Assembly: GCA_963765765.1 (NCBI GenBank)
Contig: CAVXYC010000030.1
Location: forward strand, 96,001-160,000
DNA length: 64,000 nt
From: an uncultured Chloroflexia bacterium
GTDB taxonomy: Bacteria > Chloroflexota > UBA6077 > JACCZL01
Direction: 5' to 3'
Shown in pieces: positions 29,593 to 40,404 of this stretch. The notes beneath the pieces were generated by a model. It saw only the letters and a list, made by a program, of their open reading frames with translations, was not told the DNA's origin and made no database searches. Positions within the stretch are counted from its first letter, which is position 1; every line of letters starts with the position of its first letter. Both the position numbers and the translations under genes were made by a program.

Positions 29593-31972
29593 ATGAACAA
29601 AAAAGAGCTCACCGAAACAGACATACGCACCAAGTTCATCACGCCCGCCATCTGCGGTGCCGATGGAACGAAGTGGGACAAGATGACCCAGTTGCGCGAG
29701 GAGTTCTACTTCACGCGCGGCCGTGTCATCGTGCGCGGAAAGAAAGTGAGTCGCGGCGCGGCCAAAAAGGTCGATTACATCCTCTATTACAAGCCCGGCA
29801 TTCCGCTCGCCCTTGTTGAAGCGAAGGACAACAACCACGCGGTCGGCGCGGGGATGCAACAGGCCCTCGAGTACGCGGAGTTCCTCGATATCCCCTTCGC
29901 GTACAGCAGCAATGGCGACGCGTTCCTGGAGCACGATCGGACCGGCACAGGGCCAACCGTTGAGCGCGAGATTCCGCTGGATCAATTCCCTTCACGGATG
30001 AGCTCTGGTCACGCTACAGCAAAGCGAGAGGACTCACGCCAGCCGAAGAAGAGGTAGCGACTCAGGAATACTACGAGGATGGCTCAGGCAAGGTGCCGCG
30101 CTACTACCAGCAGATCGCCATCAACCGGACCGTCGAGGCCATCGCCCGCGGCGAGAATCGCATTCTCCTCGTCATGGCCACCGGCACCGGCAAGACCTAC
30201 ACCGCGTTCCAGATCATCTGGCGGCTATGGAAGGCCGGTGCCAAGAAGCGGATCCTCTTCCTCGTCGATCGCAACATCCTGGCCGATCAGACAAAGACGA
30301 ACGACTTCAAACCGTTCGGTCAGGCGATGACCAAGATCACCAATCGCACGGTCGACAAGGCGTTTGAGATCTACCTCGCGCTGTATCAGGCGGTCACGGG
30401 AACTGAAGAAGAGCAGAACATCTACAAGGAGTTCTCGCCCGACTTCTTCGACCTGGTGGTGGTGGACGAGTGTCATCGCGGGAGCGCGGCCGACGACGCT
30501 TCGTGGCGAAAGATCCTCGAGTACTTCTCCTCGGCCACGCAGATTGGTTTGACGGCCACGCCCAAGGAGACGAAAGACGTTTCCAACATCGAGTACTTCG
30601 GCGATCCGATCTACACCTACTCGCTCAGGCAGGGAATCGACCGACGGATTCCTCGCCCCCTATAAGGTCATCCGCATCGGAATCGACAAGGACTTGGAAG
30701 GGTGGCGGCCTGAGAAAGGACAAGACGGATAAGTACGGCCAGCTCATCGAAGATCGCGAGTACAACGAGACGGATTTCGACCGAATCGCTCATCCTGGAG
30801 AAGCGCACCGAGGTCGTCGCCGCCAAGATCACCGAGTTCCTGAAGGCCACCGATCGCTTCGCCAAGACCATCGTCTTCTGCGAGAACATCGATCACGCCG
30901 AACGCATGCGGCAGGCGCTGGTGAACGCCAATCCGGACCTCGCCGCCGCGAACAGCAAGTACGTCATGCGGATCACGGGCGACAACGATGAAGGCAAGGC
31001 GCAGCTCGACAATTTCATCGACCCGGAGTCCACATTCCCGGTCATCGCCACCACCTCGCAGCTGATGACGACGGGCGTCGATGCGCAGACGTGCCGACTG
31101 ATCGTTCTCGACAAGCACATCGGCTCGATGACCGAGTTCAAGCAGATCATCGGTCGTGGCACGCGCATCAACGAGGACTACAACAAGCTCTACTTCACCA
31201 TCATGGACTTCCGCCGCGCCACGGCGCTGTTTGCCGATCCGAACTTCGATGGCGATCCGGTGCAAATCTACGAGCCAAGGCTGGCGATCCGCCCGTGCCG
31301 CCTGACGAACGCCAGACGGCCGGCAGCGAGACCCGGCGACGAGGGCGCAGACCTCCGGATGACGGCGGTGGACCTGTCGCTCCGACGGACCGCGCCAGCG
31401 AAGTACTACGTCAACGACGTGGAAGTCTCGCGTTGTCTCCGAGCGCGTCCAGTATCTCGATGCCGACGGCAAGCTCATCACCGAATCGCTCACGGACTAC
31501 ACGCGCAAGACGGTCCGCAAGGAATACGCGTCGTTGAACGCGTTCCTGAACGCCTGGAATGATGCCGACCGCAAGCAAACCATCATCGACGAACTCGCCA
31601 GCCAGGGCGTATTCCTCGATGAACTGGCGGAGCAGGTCGGGCCACGACTATCGATGCCTTCGATCTCGATCTGCCACGTCGCATTCGATCAGCCGCCGCT
31701 CACGCGGCGGGAGCGGGCCGAAAGGGTCCGCAAGCGCAACGTGTTCGCCAAGTACGGCGACAAAGCGCGCGCCGTACTCGATGCCCTGCTAGAGAAATAC
31801 GCCGACGCGCGGCATCGAAGAGCGTCGAGTCGCTCGAAATTCTCAAGGTGGACCCGCTGACGCACGTTTGGGACACCGGTCGAGATCGTCAATCTGTTCG
31901 GCGGCAAGGCAGCAAGTATCTCACTGCCATCCACGAACTCGAAATCGCAGCTCTATCAAGGAAGCAGCCTGA
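29593..31972 (+). CDS. hsdR: Type I restriction endonuclease subunit R (EcoAI-like), many indels
   Basis: [67 protein letters not shown]. Confidence 0.93.
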
Positions 31973-31976
31973 GTCT

Positions 31977-33439
31977 ATGGCCAACGTCTCCAACTCGTCA
32001 AAACCATCCAGGACATCATGCGCAAGGACGCCGGCACATACGGCGATGCGCAGCGCCTGGAACAGCTCGGCTGGATGTTCTTTCTGAAGATCTTCGACGA
32101 CCGCGAGAAGGAGCTGGAACTTCTCCGCGACGACTACAGGTCGCCGCTAGCGGATCATCTGCGCTGGTCTGCGTGGGCAAGCGACGACGAAGGAATCACC
32201 GGCGAGCGGTTACTCGACTTCGTCAACAACACGCTGCTCCCCAAGCTCAAGTCACTCGACCGGCGGCGGCGACAAGATCGCCGGCCTGATCCGCATGACC
32301 TTCGAGGATGCCAACAATTACATGAAGAACGGCACCCTCATGCGGCAGGTCATCAACAAGATCAACGGCATCGACTTCAACGCCTCTGATGACCGCCACA
32401 TGTTCGGCGACATCTACGAGAAGCTGCTCAAGGACCTGCAGTCCGCGGGTAACGCCGGCGAGTTCTACACGCCGCGCGCGGTGACGCAGTTCATCGTCGA
32501 GCAGGTCAATCCTCAGCTCGGCGAAACGATCCTCGATCCCGCCTGCGGCACCGGCGGCTTCCTCGTCTGCGCCATCGAGCACCTGCGCAAGCAGGCAAAG
32601 ACCGAGGTCGACGAGCGAACCATCCAGGAATGCTTCGCCGGCATCGAGAAGAAGCACCTGCCGCACGTGCTGTGCATGACCAATCTCCTTCTGCATGGCA
32701 TCGACGTCCCGTCCAATGTCCGCCATGACAACACGCTGGCGCGCCCGCTGCGCGACTGGTCGCCCGAAGGAACGCGTGGACGTGATCGTCACCAACCCGC
32801 CCTTTGGCGGCATGGAAGAGGACGGCATCGAGGCCAATTTTCCGGCCGAGTTCCGCACCGTGAGACCGCCGACCTTTTCCTCGTGCTGCTGATGAGGCTC
32901 CTGAAGCCCGGCGGCCGCGCCGGCCTGGTGCTGCCCGACGGCACGCTCTTCGGCGAAGGCGTGAAGACGCGCATCAAGGAAGCGCTTCTCACCGAGTGCA
33001 ATCTGCACACGATTGTCCGCTTGCCCAACGGCGTGTTCAATCCCGTACACCGGCATTCGCACGAATCTGCTCTTCTTCACGAAGGGCGCAGCCGACCACG
33101 GAGGTCTGGTATTACGAGCATCCATATCCACCGGGCGCCAAGAGCTACAACAAGGGCAAGCCGATTCGCATCGAGGAGTTCGACGGCCGAGCGAGTCGTG
33201 GTGGGACAAACCGCGTGGAAAACGAGCAGGCCTGGCGCGTTCCGATCGACCAGATCAAGGCCGGCAACTATCAACCTCGACCTCAAGAACCCACACGACC
33301 TCCGACACCGGCCCTGGCGACGTGGACCATCTCCTGCCGGAATACGAAAAGCTTCTCGCCCAGATCGCCGAGACCCGCGCCGCGCTCGAAGCAGGAACTG
33401 CAGCGCCGCCCTGGCGAGCTCAGCTGAACCAGCCGATGA
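31977..33439 (+). CDS. hsdM: Type I RM methyltransferase subunit M, many indels
   Basis: QDIMRKDAG, GEFYTPR, DPACGTGGFL, TNPPFGG, VLPDGTLFGEG; end coordinate approximate. Confidence 0.93.
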
Positions 33440-34165
33440 GGCTGGAGACCTTCTTCGAGAAATTTGATCAATCGCGTAATGTTCCCAACGCCGTTGCGAA
33501 AATGCGGGAGCTCGTTCTCCGGAATGGCGACAAGAGGGCGAATCGTCAGAACAAGACCCAGCAGATCCGACGGTTCCGAGCTTGCTAGACGAAATATTTG
33601 AAATTAGAGACAACTTCATCGGACGGAGGGCCGCGACAAACCGCGTCGACGGTAGTCAAATCGAGCGGTGCACACCGATTACATACCAGATGAATTGGGC
33701 GATGGACGAATTTCGTTACAGTGTTGCGAACTTCAATACGGCTACAGGTATCCGCGGTGATGAGCTACTTCGACGGCTGGAGCATACCTGGCTGGGTCCG
33801 GGCGATATCAATCGTGGTGACAATTCCTCGACTGCCGATGGAGCGAAGAGCGAGATTGAGATACTTAGCATTGGAAGCTGGTGACTTACAGCTCAATAGG
33901 CCGGGGTACGAATCTCGTGTAAGGCGCATGTATGTAGGTCGCGCAACCCGTGAGTGAATTGCTCGTGACTGATCGCTGTTGTCGGTAGAGCGACGCTGAA
34001 CGAATACGTGCTCTGGGAACTCACTCGGGCGACTGGAAGTTGATAGAACTCAATGTGAGGGAAGCGTCGGAGGTTACATTAAGCTGTGGGAAGTAAGATA
34101 GTTGATAGCTGATTTCCCTGTGCCTTGCGAGCGGAAGCGGATCGTGGCGCAAGGTGCTGACGGCC
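33436..34165 (+). pseudogene. hsdS: Type I RM specificity subunit S, about half length and of poor sequence quality
   Basis: MRLETFFEKFDQ..NAVAKMRELVL start; degraded E(Q)KRIVAKV conserved-region motif at about 34125-34160; no second TRD. Confidence 0.65.
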
Positions 34166-34214
34166 AATCCAACCGTCGCTGCACCCCGCGACATCCACGC
34201 GCCGGCCCGTCGCC

Positions 34215-34679
34215 CTACGAGTCAGGTATCTTGACGCCCATCGCGGTCGCAATCCGCTCGAAATCCTCTGCGCTGATTTCGAAGAGGCCACGGCGGAAGA
34301 TAAAGCCCCAGCGGCGCTTATCGATGATGAAGGGCAAGTCATCCAGAAGCGGGGCGATCGGGATTTCGGCGCAGGGCACGAATTCGAGGTTGCGGCGCCA
34401 CGGGCGGAAGTCCGGGGTCATCTCGGCCTGGTGGGGCTCGTCGTCGGTGATGCGGCCGAGGGCGGTGAAGGCCTGGAGGGGAGCGCCGTCGGGGTAGGTG
34501 GTTCTTGGTGAATAGAAGACCATGAGATCGCCGCGCTGGAGCTTGCGTAGGTTAGTTGAGCGCCCGTGGTTAGCCTGGGTGAAGCCGCGGATGACACGGG
34601 CCCGCTTGGGCGCGCCCTCCATGCCGCGCTGGACGTGGTCGCGGGAGACGGTGTTGATCCAGTAGCGCGGGCTCACCAC
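34215..34679 (-). CDS. EVE domain-containing protein
   Basis: RYWINTVSRDHVQRG, FTQANHG, GDLMVFYSP, WGFIFRRGLFEISAEDF. Confidence 0.9.
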   Translation of the reverse strand: MVSPRYWINTVSRDHVQRGMEGAPKRARVIRGFTQANHGRSTNLRKLQRGDLMVFYSPRTTYPDGAPLQAFTALGRITDDEPHQAEMTPDFRPWRRNLEFVPCAEIPIAPLLDDLPFIIDKRRWGFIFRRGLFEISAEDFERIATAMGVKIPDS

Positions 34680-34690
34680 CGGAGCCGCGC

Positions 34691-35245
34691 CTACTCCCAG
34701 ACCTCGGCCAGATCGATGGCTAGCTCAGAGAACGGGGGCGCGGAGAACGGCTCATTCGGGCTCGATTCCCTGGTGGGCTCGTAGACGTCGCCGACCAGGG
34801 TGTGTGCCGTGATGGACCGCGGACTCGGATCGACAATCCAATAATGCTGGACGCCGTGTTCGGCGTAGACCTGCCGTTTGACGTTCAGATCGTTTACCGC
34901 CGTGGAGGGTGAGAGCACCTCGATCACCAGGTCGGGAGCGCCTTTGACGTTCGCGGGCTCGACGATGTGCAGTCGCTCGCGGGCGACAAACAGAATATCG
35001 GGCTGTACGATGTTGTGCGTGCTCAGGAGCACGTCACATGGGGCGACCAGGATTTTCCCTAACCCCTGCCGCCGCACATAGTCGGAGAGTAGTCGCGTCA
35101 GATTGGTAACAGCGTCCTGGTGGAATGTTGAGGGAGCAGGGGTCACCGAGAGCACGCCATTAAGGATCTCATATCGATTGCGATCACTCGGGATTGCAGC
35201 GTAGTCCTCATAGGTGAGGAGGACGCCATGTGGGTTCGTTGCCAT
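34691..35245 (-). CDS. Uma2 family (PD-(D/E)XK) endonuclease
   Basis: LTYEDY, RYEILNG, VQPDILFV, GAPDLVIEVLSPST, KRQVYAEHGVQHYWIVDP. Confidence 0.93.
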   Translation of the reverse strand: MATNPHGVLLTYEDYAAIPSDRNRYEILNGVLSVTPAPSTFHQDAVTNLTRLLSDYVRRQGLGKILVAPCDVLLSTHNIVQPDILFVARERLHIVEPANVKGAPDLVIEVLSPSTAVNDLNVKRQVYAEHGVQHYWIVDPSPRSITAHTLVGDVYEPTRESSPNEPFSAPPFSELAIDLAEVWE

Positions 35246-35304
35246 TGGAGCAGATCCTCGTGGACTGCCGTCCTGGTGAGATCATAGCAGCGCAATTGAT
35301 CGTT

Positions 35305-35391
35305 CGTAGTGCGGGATTCATCCCGCCGTCCTCTGGCGAATCACAGGATAAAACCATCGTGGCGGGACGGCGGAATGAATTCCGCGCTACG
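35305..35391. repeat. GTAG-type REP pair
   Basis: CGTAGTGCGGGATTCATCCCGCCGTCC ... GGACGGCGGAATGAATTCCGCGCTACG. Confidence 0.82.
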
Positions 35392-35402
35392 GACGGCGGG
35401 GG

Positions 35403-36740
35403 CTACGATCCGGGGATGTTTCCGACGATCGCCGTATTCAGCTCGGGGTGCTCCACGAAGGCGCGGCGGAGGTGCTCGGTGGCGGCGACCCAGTCCGCGT
35501 CGCGTTTGAGGATGACGCCGCCGGCGCGGACGCCGAAGACGGCGGGATCGTCCACGCCGGGCGGAGTGGCGCCGTGCTCTCGCAGGTCACGCGCAGCCTG
35601 GAGGAGTCGGCGGCGCGTGCGGATGATCATGCCATCGCTAGTACCCAGGTGCTCGCGGGTTCGGTCGTAGATCGCTCCCATGCTCTCGGTCACGGCCTGG
35701 TCCTGCAGATGAATACCGCCGATGCCGGTGTAGCTCTGGCCTGAGCGTTGCGCGGCGCGGTCGATCAGGTAGTCGTTGCGCTTGTTCGCTTCCAGGCGGA
35801 AGCGGCCGTGCGGATCGGACGTGTTGGGCAGGAGCTTCGCGGGTGAGAGTAAGGGGTTTGCCGCGACCGGGGCGGAAGCGGCGGTGCTGCCGACTGTCCC
35901 CAGTTTTGGGGTCAGCATGAAGAACATGGTGTGCTCGTCGTCAATGGGCACCCAGGCGCGCGCAACGATCTTCACACCCAGCACGTTGGTGGGCGGCATG
36001 GTCCAGAAGGGGAACAGGAAGTGGGCGATCCGCCAGTAGTACGTGTCTTCCGTGGCCGGCCGATACGCGCCGTACATCGTGCCATAGTCCGTCTCCACAA
36101 CGGCGTACTTAGGCGCTCGATGAGCGATCCCATAGTATGAGAACGTGTCCGGGGTCGCTTCCGCCGGGTCGTAGCTGCCCTGATGGAGGAAGCCCAGGTG
36201 GCTGGTATCGATATCGCCCTCGAACGCCTGGACGAAGTTGCACTCGCGCATGCCGGCCCACACCGAGTAGGTGCCTTCGGGCAGCATGTTGCCTTCCATA
36301 TCCGGCAGCGGCGGTGGGGTCTGGCGCGGACCCATATAGGTCCAAACGAGCCCATTGCGCTCGGTGCAGGGATATGCCGTGACCTTCACCTTGTGCTTGA
36401 AGTTGGACTCCGGCGGCTCATTAGGCATGTCTACACAGGTGCCGCTGGCGTTGAACTTCCAGCCGTGATAGACGCAACGCAGGCCTTCTTCCTCGTTGCG
36501 GCCGAAGAATAGCGAAGCACCGCGGTGCGGGCAGTTCTCGGCCACCAGGCCAACGGCTCCGCTGGTATCGCGGAATGCCACGAGGTCCTCACCGAGCAGG
36601 CGCAGACGCACGGGCGCCGAGTCTGGCTCCGGAAGCTCGCTGGCCAGCAGCGCTGGAATCCAGTACTGACGGATCAGATCGCCCATCAACGTGCCCGGGC
36701 CTACACTGCATAGGGCCTGATTGTCGGCGTGGCTCAGCAT
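35403..36740 (-). CDS. Rieske non-heme iron oxygenase (phthalate 4,5-dioxygenase/LigX-like)
   Basis: CPHR..CVYHGW Rieske motif; EGDIDTSHLGFLH and QD iron ligands. Confidence 0.93.
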   Translation of the reverse strand: MLSHADNQALCSVGPGTLMGDLIRQYWIPALLASELPEPDSAPVRLRLLGEDLVAFRDTSGAVGLVAENCPHRGASLFFGRNEEEGLRCVYHGWKFNASGTCVDMPNEPPESNFKHKVKVTAYPCTERNGLVWTYMGPRQTPPPLPDMEGNMLPEGTYSVWAGMRECNFVQAFEGDIDTSHLGFLHQGSYDPAEATPDTFSYYGIAHRAPKYAVVETDYGTMYGAYRPATEDTYYWRIAHFLFPFWTMPPTNVLGVKIVARAWVPIDDEHTMFFMLTPKLGTVGSTAASAPVAANPLLSPAKLLPNTSDPHGRFRLEANKRNDYLIDRAAQRSGQSYTGIGGIHLQDQAVTESMGAIYDRTREHLGTSDGMIIRTRRRLLQAARDLREHGATPPGVDDPAVFGVRAGGVILKRDADWVAATEHLRRAFVEHPELNTAIVGNIPGS

Positions 36741-37133
36741 GGCGCCTCCTTCACTGTTGTGCTCTCCTTCATTGAAGGCAGAAGTGGGTCAGCGTGTCAA
36801 TCTTTGACCGCTTGGGGCAAAAGTTCGGAGTTGTAGGGACAATCCACCGGGCTACGACGATCATCGCCTGGCTCTCCCCCTACCTCTAAGCGGGTAGGGG
36901 TTGGGGACTGGCGAACAGCAAGGCCCGGTGCGGGATTGGTCGGACGAGTCAATTACAGCGGCAGCCGATGTACGCGAGATCCCCTCGTTCCTCGGAATAA
37001 CGATGGCTGGGCACGTATCCGCTGCTGGTTCAAAGCGTCCCGAAACACGCGAGCGTATGGTGCCCGGGATGACACGGTCACTTGTGGGGGTTTAGTTTTC
37101 GCGCGTCCACCTCGGTAGGCAGGCAGGTCTTGA

Positions 37134-38478
37134 TTAGTTGGGCGTTTGATGACCGGCGGCGCCTGATCCGCTGACGTTTCGGAAGGAGCCGGCGCCCAGA
37201 AGAACCAGCAGGGCGGCCATGGCGCCAATGGTGGCGGGTGCGCCGGCGAGGGAGGTGCCGAAGCCGGCGATCATCGAGCCGAAGGGCACCATCCCGCGAT
37301 TGAGGAACATCGTGCTGAGGATGCGCCCGCGATAGGCATCGTCCACAGACTCCTGGATCAACGTATTGTTGAGCGACATGTAGACCTGCTGCGCGAGCCC
37401 GGCCGCTACCAGGGCCACCGCGGAGAGCCAGAGCAACTGCGAGAACGCAAACAGGATGAGCGATGCGCCGAAGCCAATGAGCGCGATCATCATGACTCGG
37501 CGCCGCTGTCGTAGCGCACCACCGGCGACGATGAGCGCACCACCCAGAGCGCCGAATCCAGTGGCCGCGGTGAGGATGCTCAGACCCGTGCCACCCGCGC
37601 CCAGAATATCTTGCGCAAAGACCGAAAGCATCGTCATGTACGGCATGCCCAGGACCATGGGAACCAGAGCAAAGAGCACGAGCGTTCGCAGACGCCGCTC
37701 GCCCATGAGGTAGCGTAAGCCGTCCACTAGATCGCCGACCATGCCCTTACGTGCGCGAGCTTTTGTCGGAGGGATATCCATCATCATCAGGCTCACAAGC
37801 ACAGCCAGAAAGCTGAACCCGTTCGCGTAGAACGCTCCAGCGATCCCGACGGTGGCGATCAGGATTCCGCCTATTGTGGGTCCCAGAATCCGCGTGAAAT
37901 TGAGTGTGGCCGAGTTGAGCGCAATGGCGTTGGTCAGGCTTGATCGAGGGACGAGCTCTGAGATGAGCGACTGCCGCGCCGGCTGGTTGAATGACATCAT
38001 CGTGCCGCGGCCCACTGCGATCACCAGTACCATCCAGAACTGGACAAGCCCGGTGGAGACGAGAATGGCGAGGATGAATGCCAACACCATGGCAATCGCC
38101 TGTGTGCTGAAGAGGAGTCGCCTTCTGGGCCATCGGTCGGCCACCACGCCGCCGATGAGCGTGAACAGCAGGATCGGCACGAAGCGGCATAAGTTCAATA
38201 TGCCCAGCGCCACGGCAGACCCGTGAGCTGATAGACCAGCCAGTTGAGCGCCATCTGGTCCATCCAGTCGCCCGTTTGAGAGACCAGCGTGCCTGACCAA
38301 AGCAAGCGATAGTTGGGATAGTGAAGCGATGAAAAGACGCTGCTGAGCGACCGGGTCGGGGCGCTCGGATACTGCTTGGCTCAGATTCGATTGCTTCAGG
38401 CGCCAGCGTCGTGGCCCGCACCTCGATTTCTGGAGTAGTAGCGTCTGCCTCCGGGGCGACTGATTGTGTTGATGCCAT
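37134..38478 (-). CDS. MFS transporter, indels near the N-terminus
   Basis: GGVVADRWPRRRLL, FNQPARQSLISELV, NAIALNS, YRGRILS. Confidence 0.9.
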
Positions 38479-38600
38479 ACGCAACAAACATTGTCTCACC
38501 CCCGAAGCATCTAGCTCTAAAGATCAGAAACGGGTCATATGAAGATTGTCTTAAAGTTGGTCGGGCGGCGGCCAATGCACGCGATTGTGACTTGGGGAGG

Positions 38601-38721
38601 CCCCTACCCCAGCCCTCCCCGTGCGCGGGGAGGGAGCCAGATTCCCACCAGATTCTCCGGCCACCGAACCATTCTGCGCGCAGACTCTCCGGCTCCCCGC
38701 GGGTGGGAGGGCAGGGATAGG
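38601..38721. repeat. CCCT..CCCC-type REP-like pair
   Basis: CCCCTACCCCAGCCCTCCCCGTGCGCGGGGAGGGAG ... CTCCCCGCGGGTGGGAGGGCAGGGATAGG; a related single unit lies at about 36873-36906. Confidence 0.6.
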
Positions 38722-38734
38722 TCCTTCGGAAAGC

Positions 38735-39407
38735 CTACTCTTCGCGCAGCTCGAACATGGGCTGAGCGGAGATCGCGGCCCAGATGATCTCGTGCTCCGC
38801 CGGCGTGACGATTGATTTGAAGTAGCTGCATGTGGCCAAATCACGTGCGGTGGCCAGGCCCTTCGCTCCTCGGAGATCGGTTTTGTAGAAATTTACGTTG
38901 GTCAGTGTTGCGCCGGTAAATTCGACATTGCGGAACGTCGCTCGGGGAAGCTGCGCGCCCGTTAGATCCACTCTCTGGAGTACCGCGTCGGTGGCATTGC
39001 ACTCGTACATATCGGCTCCGCGCATCAGGGCGTTCCTAAAGCTCGCCCCACCCAGCTTCGCCACCACGAACGTTGCCCCGCTGAGATTCGCCTGCTGCAG
39101 GTTGGCGCCCTGAAGGTCCGCTCCTCGCAGGCTGGCCTGACGGAAATCTGCGCCGCTCAGGTCCATCGCCGGCCATTTTGGTGCGCTCCCAGAAGAGGCC
39201 AACCGCCCGGACGCCGCGCCAATCGGCGCGCTCGAAGTTGAGCGGATTGGCCCGGAGGTCCTGTTCCTGAAGATAGGCGATCATCTCTGAGTAACCTCTG
39301 GCCTCGTCCAGGTTGACAGCGACCAGTCGCGTCTCGCTGAAGTCGCGCTCGCCGTCCAGGATACGCCGTACCAGCTGGTCGGCGGCAATCTCAGTCTTTG
39401 CGGCCAT
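38735..39407 (-). CDS. Pentapeptide repeat protein, indel near 39175
   Basis: RILDGERDFS N-terminus; DLSGADFRQASLRGADLQGANLQQANLSGA repeats. Confidence 0.9.
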
Positions 39408-39472
39408 CTCTCATCTCCACTGCGTGCGGTGGTGTTATAGCGCCAGGATCGTGATTGGCCGAGATTTCTCGC

Positions 39473-40240
39473 TTACGAGGCTTTTGCAATCGCCTCGCGC
39501 AGCATGTTCTCGATACCGTCTCGCACCGCGGCTGCATGCTCATGCTCGGATGCGGACGGGTCAGCAGTTCCACCAAGCACGGCGCTGGCTTTTTCCGTGG
39601 CTGGCAGCACAAAAGTCGGGGCGTTTGCATCGTGGTGCGTCACCACTCCCGGCAGGGCGAAGGAAGCCACGGCCGTGCCCGCGGCGAGCACTCTGACCTG
39701 GTGATCGTCACGCTCAACGTCAATGGGCGAATCCGTTGAGCTCAGGAGCTCGCTAAGAATAGTGTCCATCCAGGGCCTGGTCCGGCGTTCGGCTTTGAGC
39801 TCGGTGCCGCCGCTGAGCTTCGGCAGCGATGGAGGCTCCCCAGCCCCGAAGAATCCCCAGATCAGTCCGTCGTGCTCCGCTACCGAGTAGGCGATGGTGT
39901 CGATGCCGAATCCGTCCGGGTGCATCGGAGTCTCGAGACAGACCCCATTCACGTCGAATTTCCAGCCGTGGTAATTGCAGCGAATCCCATCGTTATCAAT
40001 GGAGGAGAAAAACATGTCGCCGCGCGCATGCGGACACAGGCCGTAAATCAGACCGAGCCGACCTTCGCCGTCTCGAAAGGCCACGAGCCGCTCATCCAGA
40101 AGCTGGGCGCGGACCGGTCGCTCGGCACCCTCAGGCAGGTCGGCGGCTGGGCAGATCGGAAGCCAGAATTGCCGCAAGAAGTCGCCCAACTGTGAGCCGG
40201 GCGCCACGGCGCGGAGGTCAATGGAGTCAGGGGCGGTCAG
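39473..40240 (-). CDS. Short Rieske 2Fe-2S domain protein; start uncertain
   Basis: LRQFWLP, LVAFRD, CPHA..CNYHGW; AAGGA before CTG at 40240; the ORF-track extension to 40312 runs through a REP. Confidence 0.78.
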   Translation of the reverse strand: MTAPDSIDLRAVAPGSQLGDFLRQFWLPICPAADLPEGAERPVRAQLLDERLVAFRDGEGRLGLIYGLCPHARGDMFFSSIDNDGIRCNYHGWKFDVNGVCLETPMHPDGFGIDTIAYSVAEHDGLIWGFFGAGEPPSLPKLSGGTELKAERRTRPWMDTILSELLSSTDSPIDVERDDHQVRVLAAGTAVASFALPGVVTHHDANAPTFVLPATEKASAVLGGTADPSASEHEHAAAVRDGIENMLREAIAKAS

Positions 40241-40270
40241 TGGGGTGTCCTTGCCAGTTGAAAAAATCAC

Positions 40271-40356
40271 TGTCATCCGAGCGACGAGCGAAGAATCTTC
40301 CCAACGGCGCACAGATACCGGCGGGAGAGATCCTTCGCTCGTCGCTCAGGATGACA
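40271..40356. repeat. REP-like inverted repeat pair (TGTCATC family), copy 3
   Basis: TGTCATCCGAGCGACGAGCGAAGAATCT ... AGATCCTTCGCTCGTCGCTCAGGATGACA. Confidence 0.82.
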
Positions 40357-40404
40357 ATGCCCGGTGGCAGGCTAGCCCGACACCGGGCACCAGGCGAATA
40401 CCTA

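Noticed and set aside
32247-33209. Long antisense ORFs (e.g. 32247-33209, 54142-55197, 1629-2336, 5067-5750)
   Set aside because: Shadows of well-supported genes on the opposite strand, expected in GC-rich DNA
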